Shown here: positions 13,480 through 27,700 of the stretch, in pieces | Layout of the letters: every line of letters begins with the position of its first letter | How positions within the stretch are numbered: position 1 is the stretch's first letter | DNA from: Monocercomonoides exilis PA203 | Lineage: Eukaryota; Protista; Preaxostyla | Assembly (NCBI GenBank): GCA_001643675.2 | Contig: LSRY02000035.1 | Location: forward strand, 806,001 to 870,000 | Reading direction: 5' to 3' | Length of the DNA: 64,000 nt | The notes under the pieces: model-generated | Databases searched by the model: none | What the model was told of the DNA's origin: nothing | Seen by the model: only the letters and a program-made list of their open reading frames with translations | Program-made: the position numbers and the translations under genes

Positions 13480-16400
13480 TAATAGTTTGGAGCGAATTCA
13501 ACTCCACATGAAAGTGACTGACTTCGCTTGTTTGTGCTGTGCGAAATGTTGTGAGTTTCGCATGATTTCAAGAAAATATCGCATTGGTTCCTGCAGCATG
13601 GTCTTCAAGGTGTTTATCTATTATTTGTGAAGATGTCAAACTTGATCGGCGTTGAATGCATATTGACAAGTGGTTTTTGAGTTTCTCATGAGTAATTTGA
13701 CTACTGTGGGGAGCTCGATGAGAAGTTTAAGGGGGTGAAGGAAGGCTGTTGTGTGTATTGTGTAGGAGTTGTTTAAGGATGTTGTGGTGGAGCCAGCGGC
13801 ATTAAAGCCATGTTTGATTCCGTATTGAGACGGAAATAAGAGCGTGACTAAATGTGCACAGTTGGAGAAAGCATAGTTTATTTCTCAATGAGAACTTCTG
13901 GGACTCACTTGAGAGACGGAAAATACAGTTTCATGTTTAATTGTAAAAAGTCAGCAACTCTTGGAGATTTCCACATGTTTCATGTAAAGTATTGCAAGTT
14001 TTTAGTTTCCCGATGTTTTCACAGTGTTTGATAAGTTGTATTCAATAAGAAAGTAACTCTTGATTCATTGGTGGTTTTTATTCTTTTCAAGATGCACAAA
14101 TTCACTTTTGACAAACAATCCGAGGAGTCTTTTTGCTTCAAACATGGGACTGAAAGGTGATTCGGTGGAAGAGATTTTCATTCTTCCATGAAAACGGAAC
14201 GAATATTCTTTTAGGACTAACTGATTAACTGATATTTGTTCTTGTTCGTGGAAACTGTGTGCGCTGAATAATGCGCAGAGAAGAAAGCACTTTATCGTCC
14301 GGTCGAATAACGATAGATTGATGATGTCTTGAAGCAAGCTGATGTAGTTAACAATTAGTGCAAGTTTCCACATGAAAGTGAATGGTTCAGACAGAATGAG
14401 AGATCGATGGAACGAGAGAAACAGCGTCATTGAAATAGAAACCTTTCCGATGTCATCTCCATTCTCCATGTGAGAAATTAGAGAAATCACTGACCTCGAT
14501 GCGCATTGAAAGGAGAAAGTGAATCTCTTCTCTGTCAACTTCATGATAAATATTGCACATTTCTTGCACAATTCAACGAAGTTGTCAGAAAAATTTCCGA
14601 TGTTTTCCTTTATCTGGGCTTGAAGGAAATGAGCAAAGCAAAACAGATATATGATCATAGCAGAGGATGTCACGCTATTTTTCGACTCATCTTTAAAGTT
14701 TTGTGTGACATTGCACTTTTGGAATCTGCTTCTTTTCCATTGTTCTCCTCCATAAGTTCCCAGTCCAATCAGGTCATTAAGAACTCACCAGGTTAAAGAA
14801 TGGTTCATGTCCTTTTCGTCTTTGTTAATGTTTTCTGAATTTTTCGTTTATTGTTCCAATTCAAGCAGTGCGTGGCTATATTCCTGAGAAATTGAATCCA
14901 GGCCTGGTCCCTTCAGGCTGGTTGAAGAATCACCTTCATTTCGTTTTTCTTTCCGATCTTCATGCAACACAAAGAATCAGTCCACCTTATCTGCGTCAAA
15001 ATGATATATATATTGACTCATCCATTCGAAGATTGTCCCTGATAATTGTTAATTTGAGATTATTTATCTTCGAAATTTTTGGGTTTGCTTCATTTGCAAA
15101 TGTCTTCTGTTACAGTCTCAAAATCAATCCTCTCTCCAGTTTCAATGGTGATTTTCTGTGTTCTCGCTGATTCCTTCTCGAAAAAATGTTGAATGAAAAT
15201 CTGTTATTGAGTTCTTCCGTCAGGAATGCCAACTGCCTTAACATTGGCATTCCATTATTTGCCAATTCAATGAATCTCACTCATGGGTGATTAAGTGTTC
15301 TCTAACTTTGGCCTATGATTACTGTTGGAGAGGCATTGGATTATGGAATTAAAGAACGATATTTTTGATCTTGTGTTTCATAAAACGGATTTTGATATAT
15401 TTGATTGCAAGTGTGACCATCAACATTTCCTCAAAGTTGGAAGACTTCAAATGCAAACTTTGGCTGAGTCGAAGGAGAAGATGGACAAAGTGTTGCCTAT
15501 CAATAGAGCTGAAATATAGACTCAAAAATTAGCGTCTGTAGTGCAGATGGGTTTTATATTGCAAATGAGATTCAATGTTTCTTTTCTCAAATTCTCATTC
15601 TCACTTTTTGGGGAAAAAATTTGTTCATGGTTGTTAAGTTTAATATTATGTTGGGTTTGTTCCTCTGATATGAAGCATCTTTGTGGATGAACAGAGTCGT
15701 AACAATTGAGCTAATAAGCTTAATGAAATTTATCATTCCGGTGACAGCCAAATTATCTGTAAAGTTTATTGAATGTTTGGTATTCTTAAAAAAAGAAATG
15801 CAGTATTTTCTTTTAGCTTTGTGGAAATATATTTGTTTCTTCCATGTTTGTGTTTTTGCTGGAGATTGTTCATTTTTCTTTTGGCTTTGTTCTTTTGAAT
15901 ATTCTTGTTCAATCCTAGCTTGCAAACCCAATAATCTATTATTCACTAACACACCTGAAAGTTTTCAGGCTACTGAAGTTCTTTATCATCAAGTCAAAAT
16001 GTGGCATGCACCTATAGTGTCACATAGTTTCAATTATCTGATCTTCCTTTCTCGTGAGCCGCAAAGATTTTCTCTGTGAATACTTTAGGCCAAAATCGAA
16101 TCAATAGAATCTTAAGGTGCTCCGTCCGAACTTAAAAGACTGAAACATGATGAAGACAATGAAAACTTGTTATTGAAAGAATACAATGGAGTTGTCGTGT
16201 ATCATTCATAACCCTTCCTGTTGTTCGAGCTTTTCCAATTCTCTGTGGTCTTTTGCATTAAAGAAAATGTAGGATATTGCTTTGTTCAACAGGTGAATGT
16301 CAAGGATTTGATAGTACTTCCCACTCAAAGTTCTGGCGAAGAATAAGAATAATTGAAACTTGCATCTCCATCTTCAGTTCATCAAAAAATGTCTTTGACG

Positions 16401-17400
16401 ATACTGCATTCCATCATTTTCTCTCCATCTTCTTCTTCCTTATTCAAAGAGATGACTTATCTTTTTTGATTATCCTTCCAAACTTTACTGTTACAGACTC
16501 TTCGAACACCTGTTATTTTTTGATTTTTTATGTCACTTATTATCCATTTGACTTCATTTTTGAAAGAACTCAGTCCAACATTGTTTCAATTATTCAACAA
16601 TATCTAAGTTATCTCTTTATCTGTCTCTGTTGTGTTGATTACAATTTTGTTCCTTCTGGAGATGACTCGAAACATCGTTTTGATATTTGACAAAAGTTTC
16701 TTCTGAAAAATGGTCGGTTCTGTGAAGGTCGAAAACAAGCTGTCAAGCGTGGAAAAATAGGTCTTATCATCAAAATCATAACTTCTCAAACCACAGAGCC
16801 TTCTGTATCATCTTTCAACGCTTTTGCAAATGAAAATTACTGTTCAGATAAGATAATGGAAAACATTTCTTCCTGAAATGCGTCACAAAAAAGAATGATT
16901 GTTAAAATCAATTTTTGTGTTCTTTCAATCCATTTCAGAGTGTGATAATTGATGCTTTTGCTTTTGAGGGGAATATTGTTCTGCTTTCCATATGATCGAA
17001 ATGAGTGCGTATTAAATCCAGTTGAAGGGTCTCGGATATTCAAGTTGCTTTTTTGAGATGAACAAAGGAAGAGAAAAGCTTTTATAATAATACCGTTTCT
17101 GCTGAATGTGACGAGCTTGTCCATGTTCAAATATTGATTCAGTGTTTTCCGATAAGAAAAAGTTTGTGTTTTTGTATGAAGATCTTTCGTTGGTGTTGAT
17201 GAGTTGTTCTGTGAGTAAAAATTTTGTTGATTATCATGCCGGTTGCTGAGAAGAAGTACTGCATCAGTCAATAGTTAAATGTTCTCACTCCTCCTGTCGA
17301 TCCATTGAGAGCGAAAATGTGATCCAATCCTAACACAAGTCTTGTCAGTGGTTTCAATATCCGTTTCACTGTGTAATACTGAATTATTATTTGTGACTCG
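13480..17400 (-). mobile_element. Highly decayed DIRS-type (tyrosine recombinase) retrotransposon: RT - RNase H - YR order
   Basis: Minus-strand remnants in collinear order: RT-like DFGLKYS (~16080) and LAVTGMINFIK; RNase H-like ICTTDAN (~15530-15548) and HLKSSNFEEM (15424-15453); VILQPA*RDQAW (~14900) resembling the P-x-W-x-x-Q-x-W segment; YR-like MWKLALIVNYI...LSLFDRTIKCFLLCALFSAHSFHE (14065-14673 ORF) and AGTNAIFS*NHAKLT (~13550-13600). Many stops; boundaries approximate. Confidence 0.6.
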
Positions 17401-18637
17401 CACTCTCATAATTCGAGGCTTTGTCAGAAATGATTATTTTGGAGAATAAAGGAACTCTGAATTTTTATTGTCAGTTCATTTCTATTTGATTATTCAACTG
17501 CATAGATAAGAATATCAAAGGAAATTGATAAATCCGGTCTATCTGTGAACTCTCACTCTTTTTGAAAATTCGTATTTCTCAACGAGTTAGAAAAATAAAA
17601 GTGTAGTGATTCACACAGCAATGCATTCATGTTTAACGCATCTTTTTTTCCAAATTTAAATATGTTGAGTCGCATCAATAAAGAAATAATTTATTTTAAT
17701 TTAAGAAAAACCTATATTTAATTAATTCAAACATTTCAAAAATACGATTAAATTCATCTTTGGAACATAAGACTCATTTTTCCAATGTGAGTGATTCTTT
17801 TTTGATTTCACACTTTTTCCATCAAAATTTTCGCACAATAAAATTTGTCGCAAATATTATGATATCAATCAAATGTTTTTGAAAATAACATAAATGCACT
17901 TCTCTGTTTTTCTGCAACAACATGTGTTGAAAAGACAACAATTTGAAAGCATGTTACGTGTAATTGAAAAGGATTTTGCAAATTTCTGTAAACCAGAATA
18001 TAATTCTTTTACCGAAAAAATGTTTGAATTCAAAAATTATCACACATGAAATACACTACTATCGTTGTATTTTGCTTTTTCGGTAATTTGCTCTTGATGA
18101 CGAAATGGGAAACCATTATTTTTGAAAAGCCAACACCAATATAATAACTTCTAAATTTGTTTTTGAAAACTCAGGAACATGAAAGAAAATTGATCACATG
18201 CATAAAAAAATTAAATTGAAAAGAAAAACACCACAAAGTTATTTATTTTATTGATTAAACATTTATTTCATAAATCGATTTGCAACAGTGAGTGGATAAC
18301 CCGTGAAAATATGTTATTATGAAATATGATATTATCAAAAATAGAATCAACAAAATGTTCAATGTCAAGTGGAAAAATGAAAAACTTAATCGAAAGTGAA
18401 AACTCCTCACTCGGAGTTATCGATTTAGAGAATAATGTTGTTGGAAGAATAATTATCGACAATCGTTGTTGTTTCTCTAAAGTTTTTCATTTCAATTTAC
18501 GGATTTGGAGAATAAGTTCCGGAATTTCTAAAAGAAACTTCAAAAGTCGATGGAGTCGATGTTTCAGATAATGCTTTCTTTATTTCTTAATGTGATTATA
18601 TCTGGTTGAGACAGCATTACCGCGAACACAGTCTTTA

Positions 18638-18826
18638 TCAAATGCGTAAATTATTTTTTTTTATATTTGCATTAACATATTTATCTAATTGCTGGACGAT
18701 GTGTGAGGTGTGAGAAGGAGGAAATACAATATCGATCTTGTTTTTCTTTGCCTGTTTCAAATAATCTTTGTTCGTATGTGCAGTGGAGTCATCTATATGC
18801 AAGCATGCCAGAAAGTTAGATAACAC
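18638..18826 (-). mobile_element. Fragment of a pogo/Tigger-type DDE_1 transposase
   Basis: LHIDDSTAH...KNKIDIVFPPSHTSHIVQQLDKYVN matches the DDE_1 pattern L-x-x-D-x-x-x-x-H ... I-x-x-x-x-x-P-x-H-T-S-H-x-x-Q-P-L-D. No full ORF or TIRs seen. Confidence 0.7.
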
Positions 18827-21420
18827 AATAAGTACTTTTATTCCATCAATGGAATTTTCAAAAACAAAATTTTACCAGTTTGAAAAACAAAAATAAAACT
18901 ATTTTTTTTTCTTGTGAAAATCAAAAAGAAGTTATCGTTGTTGGCTTGTGCATATTTCTGAGTGTTAAATTCAGAAAGATTGATCGCAGAAAGTCTTTCA
19001 ATAATCTCCGTCAGCAGAAGAATGAAAAAGATAAAAAGATGAAGGAGAAATGTGTTTTTCATGAAATTGAACAGGGGTTGTCAGTTGAAAAAAAAAACTT
19101 TGTTAACAAGATTATTTTCCTTTTGATGAAAGTCTCATCAATATTTTTTATCTGTCATCGTTGACTGTTTCTCTTCTTTTTTTTCAATTCTCACAATTCT
19201 TTTAAATATGAATGAAAAACGAACAAAGCGATATGTTCAATTTTTTTGATGAGTATTCACATAAATCTTTTAAAGAAGACTCATAAATTGAAGAAATAAT
19301 AGAAAATCACTATTATTTATATACAGCCTTTAAAATTTCTGCGTTCATTTATTTTTGAAAAATTAAAAAAAACTGCCCTATTTGTCACAAAAAAAGAATT
19401 AAATATTTGTAACAAAAAAATACAAACAGCATTTGTGTGATGCATTTCCGTTGTTGCTTTGAAATTGTGTTAATCTTTTTTTCTTCAAAAAGATATTCCA
19501 TATAAGATGATATTTCTGGTTTTGTGAAAAAAAATATAGATTTGTTTCAAACTTTATCTGAAATTATATCATTAAAAGTCTTATATTCACATGTTAAAAA
19601 AATTAAGAAAATTGTTAAAATGAAGAAAAATAAAAGAAATCATTGAGTGGAACAATATTTATAAATCAAAAAATTTCGTCCCAAATGGGTAATTCTTTTT
19701 GAAAAGTCGCAAATGTTTAATTTTCAAATAAAAAAGAATTTTCATATTTTGCTCAAAATTTTGTTTGCATACACCAAACATCATTAATATGGAACTGATT
19801 TCTTAATAATGCTATTTCAAACATTCTAAAGAAGATTCGTGAGTGAAAACATAAATTTGAGTAAAATATGAACTTTTTGAGATATTTGAAAATTTAACAT
19901 TTGCAACTTTTCAAATAATTTTGACACATTGGAAATAAAAAAAAAGTCTGCTTTGAGAACTTTGAAAAAAATAAAAAACAAACAAAAAAAAAAAAAAATA
20001 AAATAAAATAAAATAAAATAAAATATTTTAAGTTATTTTTCAAAAATATAATCAAAAACATTTTTTTTTTCTGAAATAGCAAATTAAAAATTTTGAAGGT
20101 TTCTGCAAAATTGTTTTCTTTTTAAAAATTATTCTTTTTTGTTGGAATGTTTGGATTTTTAAAAAATAATGTGAGAGATAAATTATTGATCCACATTTGC
20201 TTTATTCAAACCAATGAAACAAAAATAAGCCTTTTTGTTGTTTTCTGTGTGTTTTTAAACATCAATAATAATAAAAAATCGAAAAACTCTAAAGTTAAGT
20301 CGAAAGTTCGAAAAACTTCATATTTTCAAAAAGAAAACAAAAATCAATTAATAACATTAAACATTTTTGTTGTTGATATTTCAATGATTTTTCTTCTCTT
20401 TTCGGATTAAAATTCTGTGCTTTCTAAAGTCCAATTACTAATTTTTTAAACATGAGAGGAATTCTGACATATTTTTTATCTTATGTCAATTGAAATCATA
20501 CTTCTTTACAGAAAATTTGCTAAAAAATTTTTTTTGTTTTTTTGTCCAGTTTCATGAAGAATGATAAATACCAGGGAAAGATGTAACATATTTGGTCCCT
20601 ATTTATGTCGTGAAATAATATGAATATATCACCAAATTTGATACCCTCTAATGAAAACATTCTTCGAATGTTGTTTAAAGTTTAGAAATAATATGTTTTT
20701 TTTGTTGAAAAGCCCTATCAAAACATTATTAAAAATCATAATCACTCAAATGGAAAGAAAGTTTTATTCATTATTTTTAGTGTGTTTTTAAAATAACACA
20801 ATAAAGATGATAAAATATCTTTTGATTATGTTCAAAACAACAATTAAACCAAAGGATTTTATAATTAAAGTTAAATAAAGAAAGAAATTGTTTGGAGAAT
20901 GAAGAAGAAAATTTATGTTCATGTCAATTTTTGAAAATTATGGTTCAATTTTTTGTGATATTACTGAAATTCACAACTAATATGTAAGTTTTTGAAACTC
21001 AACAACACATTTATTAATCGAATTATCAACAATAGAGTATTTTTAAGAAATAATTAATGATGTTTTCTGTAAAAATATTTCGGACCCAATAAGTTACACT
21101 TTACCAATACCAGTATTCACTTTCTTGTTTTGTGTTTCATTATTTCCAAATACTCATTTCTTGTTGAAGGAAACAAATGCTTTAAGTTTTGTTAAAGTTG
21201 ATTTTTGAGTTTTTTTTGATTCGAAATCAACAAAATTTGCAGAAAACAACATGAACATTACCGATCATATTCACAAAAACAAAAAAATAATGTTATTTTT
21301 CAATAGAATACTGTTTATCAAACATATGAAATTTTGAAAGTTTTTCGATTTTGATTGAATGTTTTTCGACTTTGAATAGTTTTTGGTGTATATTTTTGAG
21401 CATAAAACATAAAATTTTTG

Positions 21421-21454
<34 letters not shown>

Positions 21455-21777
21455 AAAAGCATTCTCAAATGCAAAAGTTCTATTGGTTCGATTGACAATG
21501 AGATCAAAACTTTTGTGAAATAATGTCATATTTACAAAATACATTGAAATTAAATATTTTTACTAAGTCCTTAGATAGTTAAAAAGAAATAAATATTAAA
21601 TGATTAAAAGGAGGAAATAGATAGGATGAACAGCTTTATAAAAATAAGCAAAATAATATAATCAATTCAACGCAGAGTAATTGTCTCTAAAAGTGGGGGA
21701 GGAAAAAAAAAAATACAAATGTTAACACACAATGAAATAAAAAGCGTTCCGAAAGAAACGAAATCTTTCGGAAAGCA

Positions 21778-24700
21778 TTATCGTTGAACTGTCGTTGAAG
21801 CAACGCCCACAAATGCGTGAGGATTCGGAGAGACAGTCGAATATGCAGAAATGACACCTTCTGTGGCTGACACAACAGTCACGCAGGTTCCTCCTCTCTG
21901 AGACACCTCCCAGTTCTTCACCTCTTTTTTAGCAGAAGGACACGAACGGCTAGTCGGATGCTTGTGTCTTTTGGCGGCTGAGTCGTGTTCTTCTGGCTGA
22001 AGAGGAAGTGGAACGTCTTCATCGACAACAGGAAGATGCGAGGGAAGAGTTGAAGAATGATCCGCATGTGATGGACTCAAAGAATTCGAAGAAGAAGAAG
22101 AAGAAGACTGTGAAGATGCAGATTCTCTCAAAGAACGCACAGAAGGATGGGGCTGCGCGTCTGCTGGACCAGCCAAAGAAGACAGTTCAGCATCAAATGA
22201 ACCGTCATCTTCGACTCTTTCCAGCTGCTGCAGGCCGCGGGAGAACTGCATCAGCTTCCCATTGATCACTGTTCTGACTGTCTCTTCTCTATCTCTCTTC
22301 CTCTGGCTGAGCAGCGCTGAGACACTAACGCCTTCGTTGGAAGAACAGTTTTCAGTCTCTTCGATGAAAATTGAATCCTCCAGTGTGATGTCGACAGAAG
22401 GCGTAGAGAGCGTCTGCCCGCCGAGAAGAGGTACCAGATAGACAGTGCTTCGGCGGGGGATACCATCTGCAGGCACGAAATAGGTGCCTACACGACAGCC
22501 AACGACGGCAAAGAGAAGCAGATCGACATGGATTGACACACGCACCTTGCCATATGGACACAGAAGAGATGGAGAGAGAGAAGAAGAAGAAGAAGAAGAA
22601 TGAGAAGAAGAAGATGATGATGATGAATGTGTCAATGAAGTTGGAGTGAGGGCGATTGTGACGTGAAATGGGAAAGGCTCGGCAGAAACAACAGTTTTTG
22701 GATGAGAGACAGAAGAGAAGATGCTCAAACGAGGATGATGGATGAGTACTTTTGGTATGGAAGATTGGAAGGAAGAAGTGGAGGTCAATGATGAAGATGA
22801 AGTCAAAGAAGAAGAGGAGGAGGAGGATGAAGAAACAGAAGAAAGGGAAGAAGGAGCTGTTGATGGGAAGATGGATGAAGCATCCTTTGTGTCAGGCTGT
22901 GATGTATTTGGTGGAGCAGTCGGGGTGACAGAAGAAGCAGAAGAAGGAGAAAAGACCAGCGGAGTGAGAGAAAGTGGTGATTTAACTTGGGAAGACGAGG
23001 CAGACGAAGCAGAAAGCGATGAAATGGTGCTGGTGCTACTGCTGTCACTGCTAAGATCCAATGCTCCTTGTTGACTGCTGGGCAGAGAGGAGGAAGGCTG
23101 AGAGAGAAGAGAAGGTGTGGAGGAAGAGGCAGGTGCGAGTGAGAATGAGAGATCAGAGGCGCCAATGGGGAGCGTCTCTGGTTTCAGAGAAGGAGAAGAG
23201 GAGGAGAAGGATGGATGAGGAAGTGGCTCATTCATTGGATGGATGCTGTCTGAGGAGTCTGGTGTTGTTGTTGCAGAAGCAGAAGAAGAAGAAGAAGAAG
23301 AAGAAGAAGAAGAAGGAAGAGAAGAAGCTGAATGTGAATGTGATTGATGTTGATGCTCTTTCTCTTCTTGTGCTGTTTGTGGTGTTGGCAGAGGTGTTGG
23401 AATGGGTAATTTGAATGCGACACGGTGTGTTACTCGAATCTTCCCTGTCTGTTCAACTGTGGCTGTCTGGAACCCGTTTTTGATGAGCGAAAGTTGTGGA
23501 ACATTGTCTTTGTGCTTGTTGGGCTGTATTTCATTAGAAAGTGTGGAATGCTCTTCTTTTTTGATAAGTTCATCAACATTTGAAGTAAGAGTAGAAGAAG
23601 AGGAAGAGGAGGAGGAAGAGGAAGAAGAAGATGATGATGATGATGGAATCAAAGAAGTGCACGGAAGCGGTGTGGGCTGATCAGCAGAGCTGTCATTCCC
23701 ATTCTGTTTAGACTGCCCAGCCAGCATTCTTCCATCGCCAATATCTCTTCCTTTGAGCGAGTGCAGCACACTTTCGTCGTCCATCGACAGCTCCTTCCTC
23801 TTCTCCCTTTCGATTGCTGCCTTCTCTTTCTCCTTCCGCTCCATCTCCTGCGCCTTCTCCAGCGGCGTCTGCAGTTGCGAGTGCACCCTCGTCTTCTTCG
23901 GCTCTGCTACAGCCGTTGAACGAGCAGAAGACGCCTTCAGAGCATCTCTGCTGAGCACAGCTGTTGCCCTGCCAAAGTTCGGAGGCAGTGGATAATCATC
24001 ATCGCCTTCGTCGTTCTTCCCTTTCTCCTTCGAAAGCATTGCCAGTGACGCCTTCTGCTCCTCTCTCTCTTTCTCCTTCTGCCTCTCTTTCTCCTTCTCT
24101 GCCTTCCTCCTCTCCACTTCCTCCACAGTTCTCAGAATCTCCTCCTTTCGCGTGTTTTCCTCTTCGTCCAGCATTTCACCATACAAAAACTGCACATTCA
24201 CCGCAAATACACTCCGCACAACTGCTGCCTCGCCTTTCCCATCAGCCACAATTCCTTTCTTTCTCAATGAAAGAGCTCTTTCCTTCGCCTCGTTCTCATC
24301 GTCTGCTTCTTCTTCATATACTCCACTTATCCCAAACACACCCCGTTTCCTCCTCAAAAGCCCCGCAATGCCTTTTTCTCCGCTTCTCTCTCTATCTCCT
24401 GATACCCCCAGATCTCCCTCCCTCTCTCCCCTCTCTCCATCTCCTCCTCCTCTCTCTCCTCCTCTCATTCCTCCTTCCTCTCTCGCTGCCTTCATCCGCT
24501 CTTTGTCCATTGCTGCCTTCGTGCTCTGCTTCAGCTTCGCCTGCAGAGACTGCAGATAGCTCGTCTTCAGTGTCTGCGCACCAGAACTGCCTCCAACAGA
24601 CAGAAGAGGGCCTGTTGAGAGACCCTTCCGAGTGAAAGGAGACTCGCCACGAAGAGTGCCACCGAGGAAGAAGGAAGAGGAAGTTGAAGATGAGGAAGAG

Positions 24701-27700
24701 GACGATGATGAAGTGGATGAATTGGCAGCAGGAGAGGAAGAAGAAGAAGAAGAAGAAGAAGAAAGAGGAGATGTCTTTGGAGAGCTCAATGCAGATGCAG
24801 CTGTTTGGGATGAGTTGATTGAGGCGTTTGAGCTGCCAGCTGATCCTGTGCTTGCATAGCTCTTCACACTTCCTGTGTCACTCACTTCTTTCTCTTCTTT
24901 CTCTTCTGCCGCTTTCTCTTCAGCTTCTGCACGTCTTCTTTCTTCTTCTTCTCTTTCTTCTTCTTCTTTCGCCTTCTCAATCATCTTCAAAAGCGCTGTT
25001 TCTTCCTTCTCGTCGCTGTATGCAACAGCCAAAAGAGCATTCTGATAGATTTTGTTGAGTGTCTTCTCAAAAGATGAATGAGATGGTTTTTCAATGGAAG
25101 AAGAAGAAGAAGATGATGATGATGCAATAGGTTCATCAATTGTTGTCTCACCTGTTGAAAGATCAGTGCTTGTTGAGGTAATTGAAGAAGAAGGAAGAGA
25201 AGAAGAGGAGGAAGAGGAGGAAGAAGAAGATGATGATGAAATTGATGAAGAATCTGTTTTGTGAGAGAGACGAGCGAATGAAGTGGAATGAAGAGCAGAA
25301 AATGGACAAGGGTCTGTTTGAACAAAGCGAAGGAGATAAAGAAAAGATGCACTTTGAGTGGGCATCAGGCTTAACTTACAAGCAGAAGAAGAAGAAGATG
25401 ATGATGATGATGATGAAACTGATGATGAAATCAGAGAGAAATAGAGAGAATATGATGAAGAAAGCGCACTTGGGATGGCGAGAGTGAGGAGCGGGTCAGT
25501 TACAATCACAGGGACAGACACCATCGACCGCACAAACACAGACAGATACATCAGCTGTGTGTGGGACGAATGGGGCGATGTTCTGACACTCGAAACAGCA
25601 TTCGAATGAGAAGAAGAAGAAGACGAGGCATATGGATTGCTTCTTACACGCCTGGGGACGGGGAAGCAGGAGAAAGAGACAGAAAGAGGAGAGGCAAAGC
25701 GGAGGGTGACCGCAGAAGTGACTGTGTAGTTCTCGTGCTGCTGTGTCTTGTATCGCAGTCCAACATTCATCCTCACTTCTTCCCCGTCTCCACTCAATGC
25801 CATCCTCCTCTGTGTCTCGAGTGTGTCTATGAATGAGCTCACAAGCTCTGCTTTCTTCTCATCCTCCACAAGCTGCCTCTGCTGCTGAATGAGCTGCTGC
25901 TGCTGGAGCTTCTGCTGCTGTGCAATAGAAGCACCGTCGGGTGTCTGTTCTCTTTCTCCGCGTGGCGAGAAGGCAGAGCCGGGCTTTGAGAAGGCAGACT
26001 TTGTGGGCGAAGAAAAGGGGATGGTGGAGAAAGCACGCTGGTGTGTCAGAGGAGGCTGTTTGGATGATGAAAGGAGGAAAGAGTTGGGAGAATTGGTAGT
26101 AAATGTGGAGTTGGCAGAAGGAGACAAGTGCGCAGGTGAATGGCGTGTGGAAGAGGAAGTGAACGGAGAAGAGGGGGAAGAAACAGAAGGCGACTGGCGG
26201 ATCTGAGAAGAAGAAGAAGGCGAAGGAGAGAGAGGCAACGGAAGAGGAAGAGGAAGAGGAGCAGAAAGAGGCAGAGGCTGAGGAAGAGAAAGAGAAGGAA
26301 GGAGCACACGGCGCACTGTCCAGATGGGAATGATCCATCGGACACGCGAATAAGGTGGGATGACAGGGAGGGTGATGACAGCTGGCAGAGCATCGCTGAA
26401 CTCCACAAAAAGCGGCGCATCTGAATGGAACGAGGAAGAAGACGGGAACAGAGTCAGACTGCGCCCGCGAGTGGAGCTGGGGCCTTTGTATTTGCTGAGC
26501 AAAAGACTGTTTGCCTTCGAAGCAGGATTCGCTTTCTTTCCATCTCCCTTTGCGAAATCTGCGTTTTCTTGAGCATCTTCTGATGTGCCCTGGAATAGTT
26601 TGTTGCGCAGGGCAGTTCTGTTTATCTGCTGCTGCTTCAGAAGTTCTGAACGTGGGTCGCTCAAAGTCAAAGTGCCGCTGACGATTCCTTCGCTTCCAGT
26701 GAAGACAGACACGACAAGTGGCTGCAAGGGATCTGTCTCTTTGTGCTTCAACACAACAGAAGAAGAAGATGATGATGATGATATATTTTGTTCATCAAAT
26801 TTATCAAGTTTTGAGCAGCTTCTGTTTAGTCTGGCTTGATCATCTGCATTCTCATTGCCATTCTTCACAGCAGCACAACTGCTTTTGATCGGTCTGTGCA
26901 ACACAGGAAACAGATGCCCCGGTGACGATATGACCACTTTTGCTTGTGGTGAGCACTTCTTCACCACAAACGACAGGTCCTGCCCTTGCAAGTGGCGTGG
27001 GGCTGTGTACAGTCTGAGGGCGCCGACGTGCAAGTTCAGCTGCTCCACACAGAACTCTCCGTCGGGCAGACCCCGCACGTGGAAGCTGAGTGTGTTGAGA
27101 CCTGGGCGCAGGCCGTGCGGGAGGACAAGCGTTGTCACCCACGACTTCTTCAGCTGGGAGGGGTCGAGGGTGTCGGTGGTGCCTGGCTGAGAGGGAGAAG
27201 AGAATGAATTTTGTTTGGAGGATGAAGAAGAAGCAGACTGGGCAGAGCGAATGGAGGAGGAGGCTGAAGATCCGATTGGAGAGAGCATTCTTTCGTTGAG
27301 GGAGATGGCATTCACAGAGATGCATGCACGCTCAAAGAGGAAGTCACAAGGGAAAGGTGACTCGATGTTGACTTTGATGACAGCTGTTCTGCCAAAGTGA
27401 AAAGTCTTGTCTGGCGGAAGCACAAAACGAGGGGTGAAGAGGCAGAACATTTCGTAGTTGGCTTCAGCTGTCAGCTTCTGCTTGGCAGTTGTGCAGAGTC
27501 CAGTGATGAAGGATGTGACGGTGTCTGCAAAGGAAGTGGAGAGAAGATTTGCTTCTGGTGCTGGCAATGCAGGGGAAGGAGAAGGAGAAGGAGAAGGGCA
27601 AGGGGATGGTGAGGGAGAAGGAGAAGGGAATGAAGAAGAAGTGAGACTTGGAGAGGCAGTTAATGAGAGTGTGGAAGCAGCAGTTGCGCCGCTTCCTCTC

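Noticed and set aside
19200-21700. Short Phe/Lys/Ile-rich ORFs in very AT-rich DNA (also 33000-35000, 50250-51450)
   Set aside because: Composition-driven ORFs without motifs or coding-like codon usage; treated as intergenic.
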